In this document: in pieces, positions 13,344 to 25,252 of the stretch | Layout of the letters: each line of letters opens with the position of its first letter | How positions within the stretch are numbered: position 1 is the stretch's first letter | NCBI GenBank assembly: GCA_964016885.1 | Contig: OZ024740.1 | Location: forward strand, 176,018,001 to 176,082,000 | Direction of reading: 5' to 3' | DNA: 64,000 bases | From: Eledone cirrhosa | Taxonomy: Eukaryota | Program-made: the position numbers and the translations under genes | Notes under the pieces: model-generated | Told to the model about the DNA's origin: nothing | What the model saw: only the letters and a program-made list of their open reading frames with translations | Databases searched by the model: none

Positions 13344-13793
13344 ATCTATCTATCTATCCACCTACTTATCTCTTTCTTTGTCTCTATCTATTTATCTAAC
13401 TTTCCGTCGAGATGTATGTATACACACGCGCACACGCACACTCACACACACACTCTCACACACACACTCACACACACACACTCACTCACACACTCACACA
13501 CTCACACACACACATTCACACATATATATGTGTGTGTATGTGTGTGTGTATGTGTATGTATGTATGAATATGTATGCATGCATACATACATACATACATA
13601 CATACATACATACATTCATACATACATGCATACATACATACATACATACATTCATACATACATGCATACATACATACATACATACATACATTCATACATA
13701 CATACATTCATACATACAACGCACAGACATAGATACATACATACATACATACATACATGCATACATACATGCATACATACATACATACATACA

Positions 13794-13828
<35 letters not shown>

Positions 13829-14373
13829 CGATTTAATCATATGATCTGTCAATATTTATCTCTCTGAATTTCTCCTTTTTCTCCACATTTTCCCTTTTCT
13901 CTATTTTTCTTCCTTCCTTTCTTTCGTCAAAGCTCAATTTTCCTCTTTCCTCCTCTCCCTTACTTTCTCTTAGTATTTCTCTCTCTTTCTTTCTTTCTTT
14001 CTTTCTGTCTGTCTATCTCTCTGTTTCTCTGTCTCTATCACTTTCCACATATCACCCATTACATATACAAAACACAAAGTACGCTCTGTGACCACCCTTG
14101 CTACCGCCACCTCCACCACCACCACCACCACCACCATTCACAAGAACAACTAGCATCACTAATGCTTCTACTAGATCCTCCACTCCTTCAGAATCCTCCT
14201 CTCCTCCTTCTTCTATATTCATTCAAAGGTTAGTAACAAAAAAAAAAAAAATAATAACTTGAAACCTAATAATAGACAAATTATTGAATGTATTATTTTC
14301 TCACGAATAAGTCCCACCTCTTCCCAATAACTAGGTTTGTTTGTCAATATCTGTTTCTTTGGCAGTCTATCTT

Positions 14374-14461
<88 letters not shown>

Positions 14462-14648
14462 TGTGTGTGCGTGTGTCTCATCCTGTCTCTCATTGTCGCT
14501 GTCATTCCCCGACTCTGTTTCTATTTGCTTATCTGTCTTCTTCTCTCTCTCCCTCTCTCTTTCTCTCTCACTCGCTCTATATATATATATATCTCCATAT
14601 ATATATATACTCTTTTATTCTTTTACCTGTTCCAGCCATCCGGCTGAG

Positions 14649-14696
<48 letters not shown>

Positions 14697-14699
<3 letters not shown>

Positions 14700-15432
14700 A
14701 AAGTATGTGTTCCTTCATGTACACACAGGGGTACAAGTGTAGTCCGACCCTATGCCAGTGTGGTTCAATGGCAAGTTAATAAATTAACAAGCCAGAACAT
14801 ATAAAATCAAGGGAAAGCAAATAAAAAAAAATTTCAAAATTAATTTTTAAAAATTCGCTGCACTTACTATATGTGCCTTCACCGCGGTTTCAAATCCCAA
14901 ACGAATAGATAATCCAGGCGGATATACATTGAGAAAGAGATTATCGTCAGAAGGCATTTCTCTCTCGGAGAATATAAAATTCCCGAGTTGAAAATTTCAA
15001 ACTGGCGCCAATCCAAACTGCCTCAGAATGAGAGCAAATGAATGATAAAGCAGTTTTGTCATGGTACCGTGTGCAAAGGCGAGAGCACGGTGGACAAGTC
15101 AATCCTGTACTGTTAAAAATAGCAGCCATTCAGACAACTAAAGTTTTCTCTACCCTTGGGGAGAATAATAATAAAAGTATGTGTTCCTACATGTAATTAA
15201 TAGACACAGGGATACAAGTGTAGTACGACCATATGCCAGTGTGGGTCAATGGCAAGTTAATAAATTAACAAGCCAGAACATATAAAATTAAGGGAAAGCA
15301 AATAAAGAAAAACATTTCAAAATAAATTAAAAAAATTAACTGCACTTATGAAACCGCGGTAAAGACACATATAGTAGGTACAGTGAATATTAAAAAATTT
15401 ATTTTGAAATTTTTTCTTTATTTGCTTTCCCT

Positions 15433-15436
<4 letters not shown>
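14697..15436 (-). mobile_element. Non-coding PLE pLTR/retrozyme-like element with ~470-bp unit, direct repeats and inverted arm
   Basis: aataaaagtatgtgttcc...ctgcactta at ~14697-14866 and ~15170-15348. ~15349-15436 is the reverse complement of ~14806-14892. Flanked by (TA)n. Confidence 0.8.
14875..14955 (-). ncRNA. Type I hammerhead, palindromic loop 3 (CGCG)
   Basis: gcctt-CTGACGA...GAAAC-CGCG-GTG-aaggc. The inverted copy at ~15350 has the cleavable GTA triplet. Confidence 0.7.
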
Positions 15437-15502
<66 letters not shown>

Positions 15503-15712
15503 AAGGTATGTGTGATTCTGTGTGTATGTGTATGTCTACGAGTATACGAGTTTCTAATTTTGGCACATGGCCAGTCAAATGTGGGGAATGGAAAATCGGT
15601 TAAATAGACCTCAGTACTTGAGTGGTACTTTATTTTATCGACCTCAGAAAGATGTAAGGAAGAGTTGACCTCTCTGGGTTTTGAACTCAGAATATAAAGA
15701 GCCGGAACAAAT

Positions 15713-15891
15713 AATTATTTCTACTATTGGCCAGCAATTAACCCAGTGCATTACTGGTACTTTATTTTATCGACCTCGTAAGGATGAAAGGCAAAGTTAA
15801 CCTCGGCGGCATTTGAACTCAGACTATAAAGGGCCGTAACTCTTTGCTGCAAAGCATGGTGTCACACCCTCTACTAATACTGACAATCCAC
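15713..15891 (-). mobile_element. tRNA-derived SINE nested in an older SINE copy
   Basis: Same family as 30701; TSD ccggaacaaataat on both sides. Confidence 0.85.
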
Positions 15892-16205
15892 CGGAACAAA
15901 TAATGCTAAATCCTAAGCTGTAACGATTCTGCCAATCCATTGCCCAACGTATTGTAAATAGTTATGTTTTTTTTTATTTATGTACAAAACCATCAACCTT
16001 TTTTTTGTGTGTGTGTGTGTGGGGGGGGGGGGCAATTAAATATACTCAAATGCTTTACTGGCACTTTATTTCATCGATCCCATAAGTATTAAAAGTAAAG
16101 TTGATTTTGGCATGATTTGTAGCGCAGTACCCTAGGTCCCATGTTCCTCAGACGGCCATAAATGTTGCTTAAAGACCACTCTGTTATAACAGGCAACGTT
16201 TATAC

Positions 16206-16311
16206 TAGTCTGAAGAGCTCGTGATCTAAGGAGTCGAACACTACCGCCGCGTTATCATTATCTAATTGTAAATAGTTTTCAGACAGGTCACAAGTGAAAC
16301 ACGTGTAACGA
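16206..16311 (+). ncRNA. Type I hammerhead, long stem II
   Basis: tagt-CTGAAGA-gctcgtgatct...aggtcacaagt-GAAAC-ACGT-GTA-acga; one mismatch in stem I. Confidence 0.65.
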
Positions 16312-16443
16312 AAACATACATATGTTAAGCTGATCTCTGTCGCCCCCACCTCTCTCTCTTGGAATGTATACAAATATATACATGTACACATGCACACACA
16401 CTAACACACAAATTCACACAGACACACACACACAGACGCACAC

Positions 16444-16484
<41 letters not shown>

Positions 16485-16491
<7 letters not shown>

Positions 16492-18840
16492 ATATTAAAT
16501 AATTGGAAATTATATTTATAAAACCATATTTATTCTATTATATATATTTCATGGGTACCAACATTTTGGTACGCTATCATCAGATAAAATACAAAATGTT
16601 TTATAAATATTTGACATAACCTTAATGGTCCAAGGTTATCCCTGGAAAGTGAAGGGAAGAGAAAAAAGTCAGATATTTCAAATTATTAAAGATGAGTATG
16701 CAAATGTGGTTTATGTAAAAGGGCTGAAAAAATCGTTATTTTAGACGCTATGGAAAATATTATGGGTTATAATATTGTATATATATTATAACTAATTAGA
16801 TTAGATTATACGAAGAATTATGGTTGTAAGTATTTTTATCTTATCATATTAAGATAGGTTATATGTATATAAATATCTATATATATATATTAATAAATTG
16901 CGTATGTATTAATTGTTTATATATCAAATATGAGTTACGAAGGATGTGGAATTTGTGAGCGTAGAATAATTTGTGGATTCAAAAATTTTGTTCAACATTG
17001 AGAATGTTTTCAGAATATTGTTGATTTAACGAAGCTATATAGATTATCAAACAAAAACTCGTTATGTTTCCACGATTGAGAAGAATGTTTATGTTTGTAA
17101 CGATTGAGAAAGGAAAGATAACTCCAATTTTGTTTGTTTACTATTAAAATTAGAGAAAAAAATTATATATTATTTTGTGTGAGATCCATTATTTTAGTCG
17201 AAATGTGTGTGAATGTTTGGATAACAAAAAGAGACAGGAAAAATGTAATGTGTTTTTCGAAGAACTATCTTAAAGCGGATAAATTTTCAGAACGTCATTT
17301 AAAGATTATCAATCTACACCTAAAATATATTTATAGGGGTGTCCTTACAAAAAGAATGTCGGAATTAAAAATAATGTCAGAATTAAAATGATGTAGGAAA
17401 TTTAAATATTAAATATATATATTAAAAATATTATAAATATTAGAGGTATAAAATATTTCTGAAATATTAAAAATATTAAAAAAATATTAAAATATTAAAA
17501 ATATAAAAAAAAAAATGTTCATTTAAATTTTTTTAAGAAAATAGGATCATTTTGAAAGTTTATAGGGATACTATAAATTAAAAATAGTTCTGAACGTGGA
17601 ATTTTGGCGATGTTTGCAAGAAGAAAATAATTCTGTTCTGAGATTAATAGAGTTTTGACAGTTAATTATATAAAAAAATTTCTTCGATACACAATTTACA
17701 GAATCTTGACAAAGCCGTATTTCGGTATGCAGGTGCTTTCGAAATCTATCTTCAAGATATTGAATACTCTATATTATTGTCTTTTAAATCCCGTATAAAA
17801 TGTGAAAGTGAAATAGATTTTTTATCTGATCTTCTAAGAGTGTGATTATGGTTATTCCAGCGTTCTTTAAATTTTGTTGAAGTGGCACCAACATAGTTAA
17901 ATATTTTGACGTTAGTTTTAACTGTGCATTTATAAACTATGTTTTTGTCTAAACAATTATTTTGTAAAGGGCAATTTGATTTGATTCTACAGTTACATTT
18001 ACTAGAGTTATTGTTCAGAACGGTAATTATTCTGAGTATTGTTGTCAGAAATATTATTAATGGTATTTTGGTTAGTTTGGTTAGGGTTTAAATTTAAGTT
18101 TCTATTATTAATTCTATTTATATTTTGTGCTGTGTTCATAGTAGTAGACTAGGATATTTTTATAGTGTGTCTGTTAAAACTAGAGTGGTATCTGTGGGTT
18201 TTAGGAAAACATTTATCTAGTGCTTTAAAGAATAGCTTTGATAAAGGTCTTTTAACGCTTAATGAGAATGGGGGAGAGTACCAAATAATATTTCTAGTTC
18301 TAGTTTTTTTGTTTGGTTTAGTGTCTAAGTTAATACTAGGATGATATATCATGTTATTGTTATCTATGTATTTAATTCTATTTGAGTATTCTGCTCTATG
18401 TAAAGCTTCATTATAATATTCAGCCTTATCATCAAACATATTTTTATTAGCGGAGATGCGTGAAATGCGTTGTTGGACACTATTGACAATAGTGTTTTTA
18501 ATACTTCTAGGATGATTAGAATTGAAACTTACATAATTTAAATTTTCATTAATTTTATGGAAAGGATAGTAAAGACTTGTGCTAAGGATTAAAGTTACAT
18601 TTAAGAAGTTAACGATTTTGTAGTTATTCTCTATTTCTAACTTAAGATTGTAGTTGTTGAAAAATTGTATTTTGGTGCCCTTGAAATATATATAATAGAA
18701 TAAATATGGTTTTATAAATATAATTTCCATTTATTTAATATCATTGTATATTATACTCCAGAAAACTTGTTGAGTGCTCTAAATCAGTTATAAACATTTA
18801 TATTTGTTGAATTACCAACACATTGAATATCTCTTCTGCT
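16485..18840 (-). mobile_element. 5'-truncated Penelope-like element (RT C-terminus, Cys linker, GIY-YIG) with inverted pLTR
   Basis: ORF 18149-18730 has FLNV, NHPRSI, RNIIWYSPPFS and FPKTHRY. ~18005-17650 reads KCNCRIKSNCPLQNNCLDKNIVYKCTV..YVGATSTKFKERWNNH. Ends ~16485-16560 and ~18673-18748 are inverted. Confidence 0.92.
16533..16589 (-). ncRNA. Type I hammerhead in PLE pLTR
   Basis: ttttat-CTGATGA-tagcgtacca..tggtaccca-t-GAAAT-ATAT-ATA-atagaa; palindromic loop 3. Confidence 0.65.
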
Positions 18841-18918
18841 TATATATATATATATATATATTTCGTTTCTGAATTTGTTTAGCAAGATTCTTTATGTGAA
18901 AACGTGTGTTGAAACCGA

Positions 18919-19323
18919 TATTGTTATACTTTGGGAGGGTCATGTTGCCAATAAGAAACACACGCACCAGTTGCATTCACTTCAATTTATTATAATAAAT
19001 TTATAAATTTAGGAATTTATAAATTTCCGGATGTAACACATGCGCAAACTAAGCACACAACACACAAAAACAAGATGGCGTAGGACAGAACAAAGGAGAG
19101 GCACAAAAACAAAGAAAAGAATCCCCAGTCACTGAATAGGTCACAGAATGTGTGACGAAAGAACTTTGACAATATATAAACAATCATCTGGTTGTGTAAC
19201 CAACCAACCAACCGGAAATTTATAAATTCCTAAATTTATAAATTTATTATAATAAATTGAAGTGAAAGCACTGGTGCGTGTGTTTCTTATTGGCAACATG
19301 ACCCTCCCAAAGTATAACAATAT
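18919..19323. repeat. Fold-back element with ~110-bp near-identical inverted arms
   Basis: ~18919-19030 versus ~19212-19323. Confidence 0.85.
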
Positions 19324-19405
19324 ATATATTATAGTTGAAATAGTAAACAAAAAACAACAACGTGGAAGCGAAGAGGCAGTACATATATATATATGTGTAT
19401 GTATG

Positions 19406-19461
<56 letters not shown>

Positions 19462-19462
<1 letters not shown>

Positions 19463-22254
19463 CATCATCACCATTCGTCGACTACTGTCGAGATGATGGA
19501 TCTCACTCTCATGCCCCAGAATTCCCTGTCCCCCATCGCTGCCCCCAGGTCCCGTCTACTGATCCCGTATCCCTAGAGATAACGTCAGGGAATGATAGCT
19601 TCCTACTCCTAGTCAGGCTGGAGTCAGGGTTCCAGTGCAAGAGAGCGGATATGATTTCATTGTTGGCACGGTGACAGTGGCCAGCAAATTGAGCTCTCCG
19701 GGATTTTAGAAGGGCAGAGGCTCGAGGGAGTTTGCCATAGATTTTAGACAAGGTGGGATGTCGTTTCCAGGATAGGTTTTGCACTCTCATTAAGAGGCGG
19801 GTATATGTGCCATCCAATCTCCTCTCAAGTTGTGATGTTAGTGTCCAAGTTTCAGATCCATAAAGTAATATGGGCTTAATGGTTGCTTGGAATATATCCA
19901 GTTTTAGCTTGTTGGTAAGTTGAGATGTCCATATGGCGTGCATGTCATTGCACGCTGACCATGCCATACCCTTCCTGGTTAGAAAATCTTTTTTGGAGGA
20001 GGAGATATATTGTAATCTTCCACCTGCTTAAGGGTGGTACCATTAAGGGTTCTGGTGGGGTAGTTTGGGCTGTTTGCGCATCTGTTCACATACTCAGTCT
20101 TGGATTCATTGAGGTACAGTCCAACACTATTGGACGCTTGCTCTAATGACTTCAAAAGACTCTCAGCATTTTCCAGTGACCGACTGATCAATGCGATGTC
20201 GTCAGCGAAGTCGGTGTCGGTCAAGTATTTTGCTGGGTAGCGTGAGCTTCTCCTAGGCTGTAGTTGGTATCCCCTATCCTGAATCCTATCCACAGACATG
20301 CGCAAAACATAATCCACAACAATGATAAATAGATACGGAGCAAGGGTATCGCCCTGTAAAATTCCAGCGAGGATTGAGAAAGGTGGTGTTTCCCCATCTG
20401 GGGTCAGGACAGTTGATTTGGTATCTGTATACATTACACGTATGGCCGCGATGATTTTATCAGGAATCCCATAAAGTAGTAGAATTTCAAACATCCCCGA
20501 CCTGTCAACTGAGTCGAAGGCTTTTGAAAAATCAACAAAGATGAGTGCAAAGTCTAGATTGCGGTTTTGGGATTCCTCTATAAGTCGGCGAAGGCAGAGA
20601 ATCTGGCTAAGTGTTGATCTACCTCTCCTAAATCCATTCTGGTTGTTACGAAGGATTGGCTCAAGAAATGGAATTAAGCGGTTAAGGAGAAGCTTGTTGT
20701 ATATTTTTGCAGCAATTGCCATGAGAGAAATTCCTCTATAGTTGGTGGCTAAAGAAAGATCTCCTTTTTGGGGCATGGGGATAATTTGAGCTGCATGCCA
20801 GACGCGAGGTGGTTTATTGGTCTCGAAAGTATGGTTACACAGGTTGAGCAAAAGGATGTGGAAATGCTCATCCTTCCAAATCAGGGTAGGTATATTATCC
20901 GGCCCAAAGGCTTTTGAGGCTTTGAGCTGTTTGATGGCTTCTTTGAGCTCAGACATGGTGAAAGGAGAGGTGTTGATTCCTAAAGGCTCTGAAACCTGAA
21001 CGGATAGTTATCAGGGAGTTTGGCCTTTTTCCCTAGAAGGTTTTTAAAATGAGCAGACCAATTTTCAAGACGTTTTTTGGCAGAGCCTCCTTTGATTCTA
21101 ACTGCAGAGTTTGAGTTTTTGCCTGAAAGATCTTTGACAACCTTCCAAGCAAGATGATGGTGTTTGCTGATGTGATGTTGCGATAGCTGATCAATCCTAC
21201 CTGAGATATAGTCGGCTTCAGCATTAAGATAAGCGTCGTCTAGTGAATTTTTGGCCATGATAAGCTGTATCTTTTTCCCTTGAGATGGTGATTGGTGGTG
21301 AGATTGGGATATTGGCCTAAGATGGGCCCTTGCCTCAACTACCTTCTCTGAGGCACTAGGTTTCATTTGGCTTCGGCTTTTCTTTTTAGGTAGGGTAGCA
21401 AGTGCAACTTCCTCTGTTGATTGCTTAAGACAATCATACACATCCTCAATATTATCGTCATTGATGTCAGAAGTTGAGAGAGATTGAAATCTGTTATAGA
21501 CTTGAAGCGTGAAGCTATTGGATAGTTGTTTGTTGGAAGAAACGGCTTTCCAGTCTATTCTTTTCATGGGATGAGGTTCGGCCCGCTTGGATATCCTGAG
21601 ACTAAGTTTGATTGTTGCCGAGATGACTCGATGATCTGAGCCGACAGAGCTAAAGGAGGAATAAGATCTAGAATCCTTGATTGAGTTTCTCCATTTCTTG
21701 CGAAATATCAAATAGTCAATCTGAGCTCGTTTTTGGTTTGGGTATTCGAAGGTCCAAAGCCGGCCTCTGGTCTTCATGAAGCTGTTGTTTGAGCTGAATA
21801 GACTGAATTCTTCCATGAAGTCCCCGTCTCGGTTAGTAACCCTATTGTATGTGAACTTTACTTCATCCGGGCCAAGTTGAGCGTTGAGGTAGTCAGGTCA
21901 CCAGTTGGTGCTACTGGTAACATGTACCCCAGTACAACCTGTCTCATGGTCGGATAGTTGGCGACTAAACTGGCAACCCCACCAAGATTTCTTGGTGAGG
22001 AGGGTGACTTTGGACATCCTGCAGGACTAAAAACAAAACCTGTCAAAGGGCAAAGGAACTCCTGGGAGCTCTTAAGAGCTCTTGGAGTCAATGGCCATCC
22101 AAAACCAGCACGGCCCGCCGAAAGGCGCTGCAGTGCCGCAAAAGTCAACTTCCTGTTACTAGTATGCTGGTAAGCTAGTACAATGTATCTCCTGACGGAT
22201 AGAGTGGGTCCGTAGCTTTGGTTAGCGACTACTCTAGTGCTTGCAACACGAACA
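19462..22254 (-). mobile_element. RTE-type LINE, frameshifted, endonuclease N-terminus deleted
   Basis: APE remnant (NAQLG, QIDY, SDH); RT KAFGPDNI, QNGFR, FVDFSKAFD, LQGDTLAP, FADD; LLYGSETW; (GAT)n-like tail; TA flanks. Confidence 0.92.
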
Positions 22255-22304
22255 ATATATATATATATACATACACACACACACATATATATATATATAT
22301 AGTA

Positions 22305-22498
22305 ATAATAAATTTGAAGACTAAAATCCAAAGAGGGCTCGATAAGGATAAATATATATCAAATATATAAGAACTGTAGAGCAAATATTTATTAAAACAA
22401 CAGATTAAAGTTTAAACAGATTGACTCTGTTAGTTTCAGAAGATCCCGTTAAGCGTGAAAGCAGCGATTCTTTGCTTAAACTTTAATCTGTTATTTTA

Positions 22499-22505
<7 letters not shown>
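22305..22505 (+). mobile_element. PLE pLTR fold-back, CAGAAGA-hammerhead family
   Basis: Shares sequence with ~815-905 and ~30505-30690; inverted arm at ~22310-22415. Confidence 0.75.
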
Positions 22506-22529
<24 letters not shown>

Positions 22530-22541
22530 AAGGTATGTATG

Positions 22542-22575
<34 letters not shown>

Positions 22576-23982
22576 TGTGTGTGTGTTTGTGTGTGCATAC
22601 ATGCATACATACATGCATGCATAGTCCCGTAACTCCGGATGGAATCTTAGGTGTGCCGTATTGACATACGGTGTTTCCTTGCGTATTTTGAAATTTGGCG
22701 GAGCTCATCTCCTTTCCAGTAATGAACACACCCGAATTCTCCCAGACAAGAATAGAAGTGAGAGAGAGGAAGTGAGAAAGGGGTATAGAGGAAGAATCGA
22801 CTACCCCAGTACTGGACTGGTACTTTTTGTTAAGTATGTGTGTGTGTATATATGCATATAACACCTGCAACCTTGATGGTATCCAATGATATTGACTTGT
22901 TCTTCTTTTTGGTAAATATCATCTTGGTTAAGAGAGTGGGACTGGCTCTGTGCAGTGCCTTTGCTCACTATAAAAGCTTCACGGCACAGGCATTGCTTTA
23001 TATCTGGAGATCTCTCTGCACTTATCGTCACATGGTACCATGGGCCCAGCACTATGTGTCAATAATTGTCACAAGTGTAGTGTTTGTACCAGAGTTTTCA
23101 AGTCGCTGGCTGGACTAAAAAGTCACACTCGTTCAGCGCATCGGTAGGGGTTCTCCTACATGGATATAAAGTAGTGGCCGTACTGGAAAACGAGTTGGCA
23201 GCAACCATATATATATATATGTATGTGTGTGTATGCATGTGTGTGTATGAACATATGTCCTGGCGGGGAACGTAAGTGGAAACTTAGCAGTACAAAAAAA
23301 CAAAACAAAACAAGAGCTGTCGAAGGGCGTATGAACTCCATAGAATAAACGGCCATCCACCCCAACTATGGGTTAAATAACCTCACCAATTGCGATTCGG
23401 CTAGCATAGTGAATACGGCCACACCCCGTAGAGAGGATAAACTCTATGACAATAATAAATGCGATCCTCGTGACTGTCCTGTTATCTTGCCTTGGCTTGT
23501 TACTGGACACCTAGCTGTGTGGATGGAGTGGGTGCTATACATGTAGCACAAGTACTTAACATTGTCCTCTTTATGTGCAGATATTTCTTCAAAAGTCCCA
23601 CAGATGTGGAGGATTGGCGCGTGCGCAGAGTCGACCTGTTAGAAGCACTTAGTTACAAATCTACACATGGGCGGCTCGAATCTTATACTAATGGCGCTGC
23701 ACTGTTAATGTGAACAGTAACATGTTACGGCGGAGTCTTGTGCGGCTGAGCAGCCCTTTGTGGGGACGCGCAGCTTACCTATACTACATGGGAAAGTTCT
23801 AGTAAAAGTGACCTAATCAAAACCTGTTCAGTCATCAAACTGGCCAGTAGCCGGCAGTTAGCGGTGGTTCATAATAGCAGAGGAGAATTTGTGGAAGAGA
23901 TGGCGTCTTCAATAAAGAAGTGACAGTTTTCATATATATATATATATGGAGAATAGGATTGGCCGTGTAGTTACTAGTTAAG

Positions 23983-24174
23983 TTAGGCTTAAAAATGGTA
24001 TGAGAATAAGAAGATAGCAAAAACGGTGGGTGGGGGTGGTCGCCCTCATCAGTTGTCTATTGGGGGTCTCGGATATTTCTAAAGCGTTGAAATATCCGAA
24101 ACCTCCAGTAGACAACTGACGAGGAATCCCCCCACCCTTTTGCTTTTTTTATTTTCATTCCATTTTTAAGCCTA
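23983..24174. repeat. Fold-back with hammerhead-like core words
   Basis: taggcttaaaaatgg...cctcatcagttgtcta..cggatatttc mirrored by gaaatatccg..tagacaactgacgagg...ccatttttaagccta. Confidence 0.7.
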
Positions 24175-24425
24175 TATATATATATATATATATAATGGTA
24201 TCTAGCTCTTTATGGTAGGGCCAATAACGTTGTTAGAATTCCATGTAGTCTTGAAGAAATAATTCCAAGAAGATAAAGTGATGAATCTTATTTTCCTCGT
24301 CGTTGACTTTCAACATATAAGTTCCGTAATGGATTCTATACGATATATGTGTGTGCGTGTGTGTGTGTGTGTGGGGGGGGTGTTGTACAATGAAAATAAA
24401 ACAAAGCGAAGATTAATGCTTTATT

Positions 24426-24570
24426 AATTCATTGTTTTACGATCGTTTCAGAAGGTTGATTGAACATGATAAATGGACATATTGACTAACTGATAGTGGT
24501 TATGCCACCACATATTATTAGTCCCGATTTTCTAGATCCATCTCACCGTCTTCCTCAGAAACAATGAATT
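24426..24570 (-). ncRNA. Type I hammerhead, 12-bp stem I, ~100-nt stem II, palindromic loop 3
   Basis: aattcattgttt-CTGAGGA...GAAAC-GATC-GTA-aaacaatgaatt. Lies in a pLTR remnant (~24385-24800) homologous to ~32690-32945. Confidence 0.85.
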
Positions 24571-25252
24571 ATAATGTTTATTTGAAAGATATATAAAGAG
24601 TTGAAACGCATCAATTGGATACGTAGACAAACAAAAATAATAGGAGAAAAGATAACAGAATATTCACAATGAAAGATCAAGAAATACAAGTAAGAAGAAT
24701 AAGTAGAACAAATAGAATAAACAAATAAATAATATTATAACGAACGATAGGAAAAGTAAGTCATCAAAAAGAAACCTTTCAGTAGAAGTAAATAAATAAA
24801 TCAAAAGTAAATAATGGATGAACTCCTTGGCTCTTACTATCTGTCACCTCAGCTTTCTAATCACTACAGCTTGTCACACACTTAGTCTGCAATAAAACAG
24901 ACAACTACACTTAATGTGCAGCCGAATACACACATCCTTACACACACACACACACACAGACACAGACACAGACACACACACATACACTTATAGATATCTT
25001 TTTTATTTGTCACAGGGGCGTACAAAAATGGGACATTACAAGACGACGTGACGGCGGGGGTTTTACATAAAATCTTTAACAATGATAAATAACAATAAAC
25101 AATATAAAAATAAAACAATTGAAATCCCATTAGGGGGGGGGGGGGGTAACGCTACTGCGGGGTTGTTTTACACCACGTGGATAGAATAACCCTCAACACC
25201 AGCAACACGTTTTGTAGGTGTTCCTGTCTTCCCTCTTTTTATCTCCCTCAAC

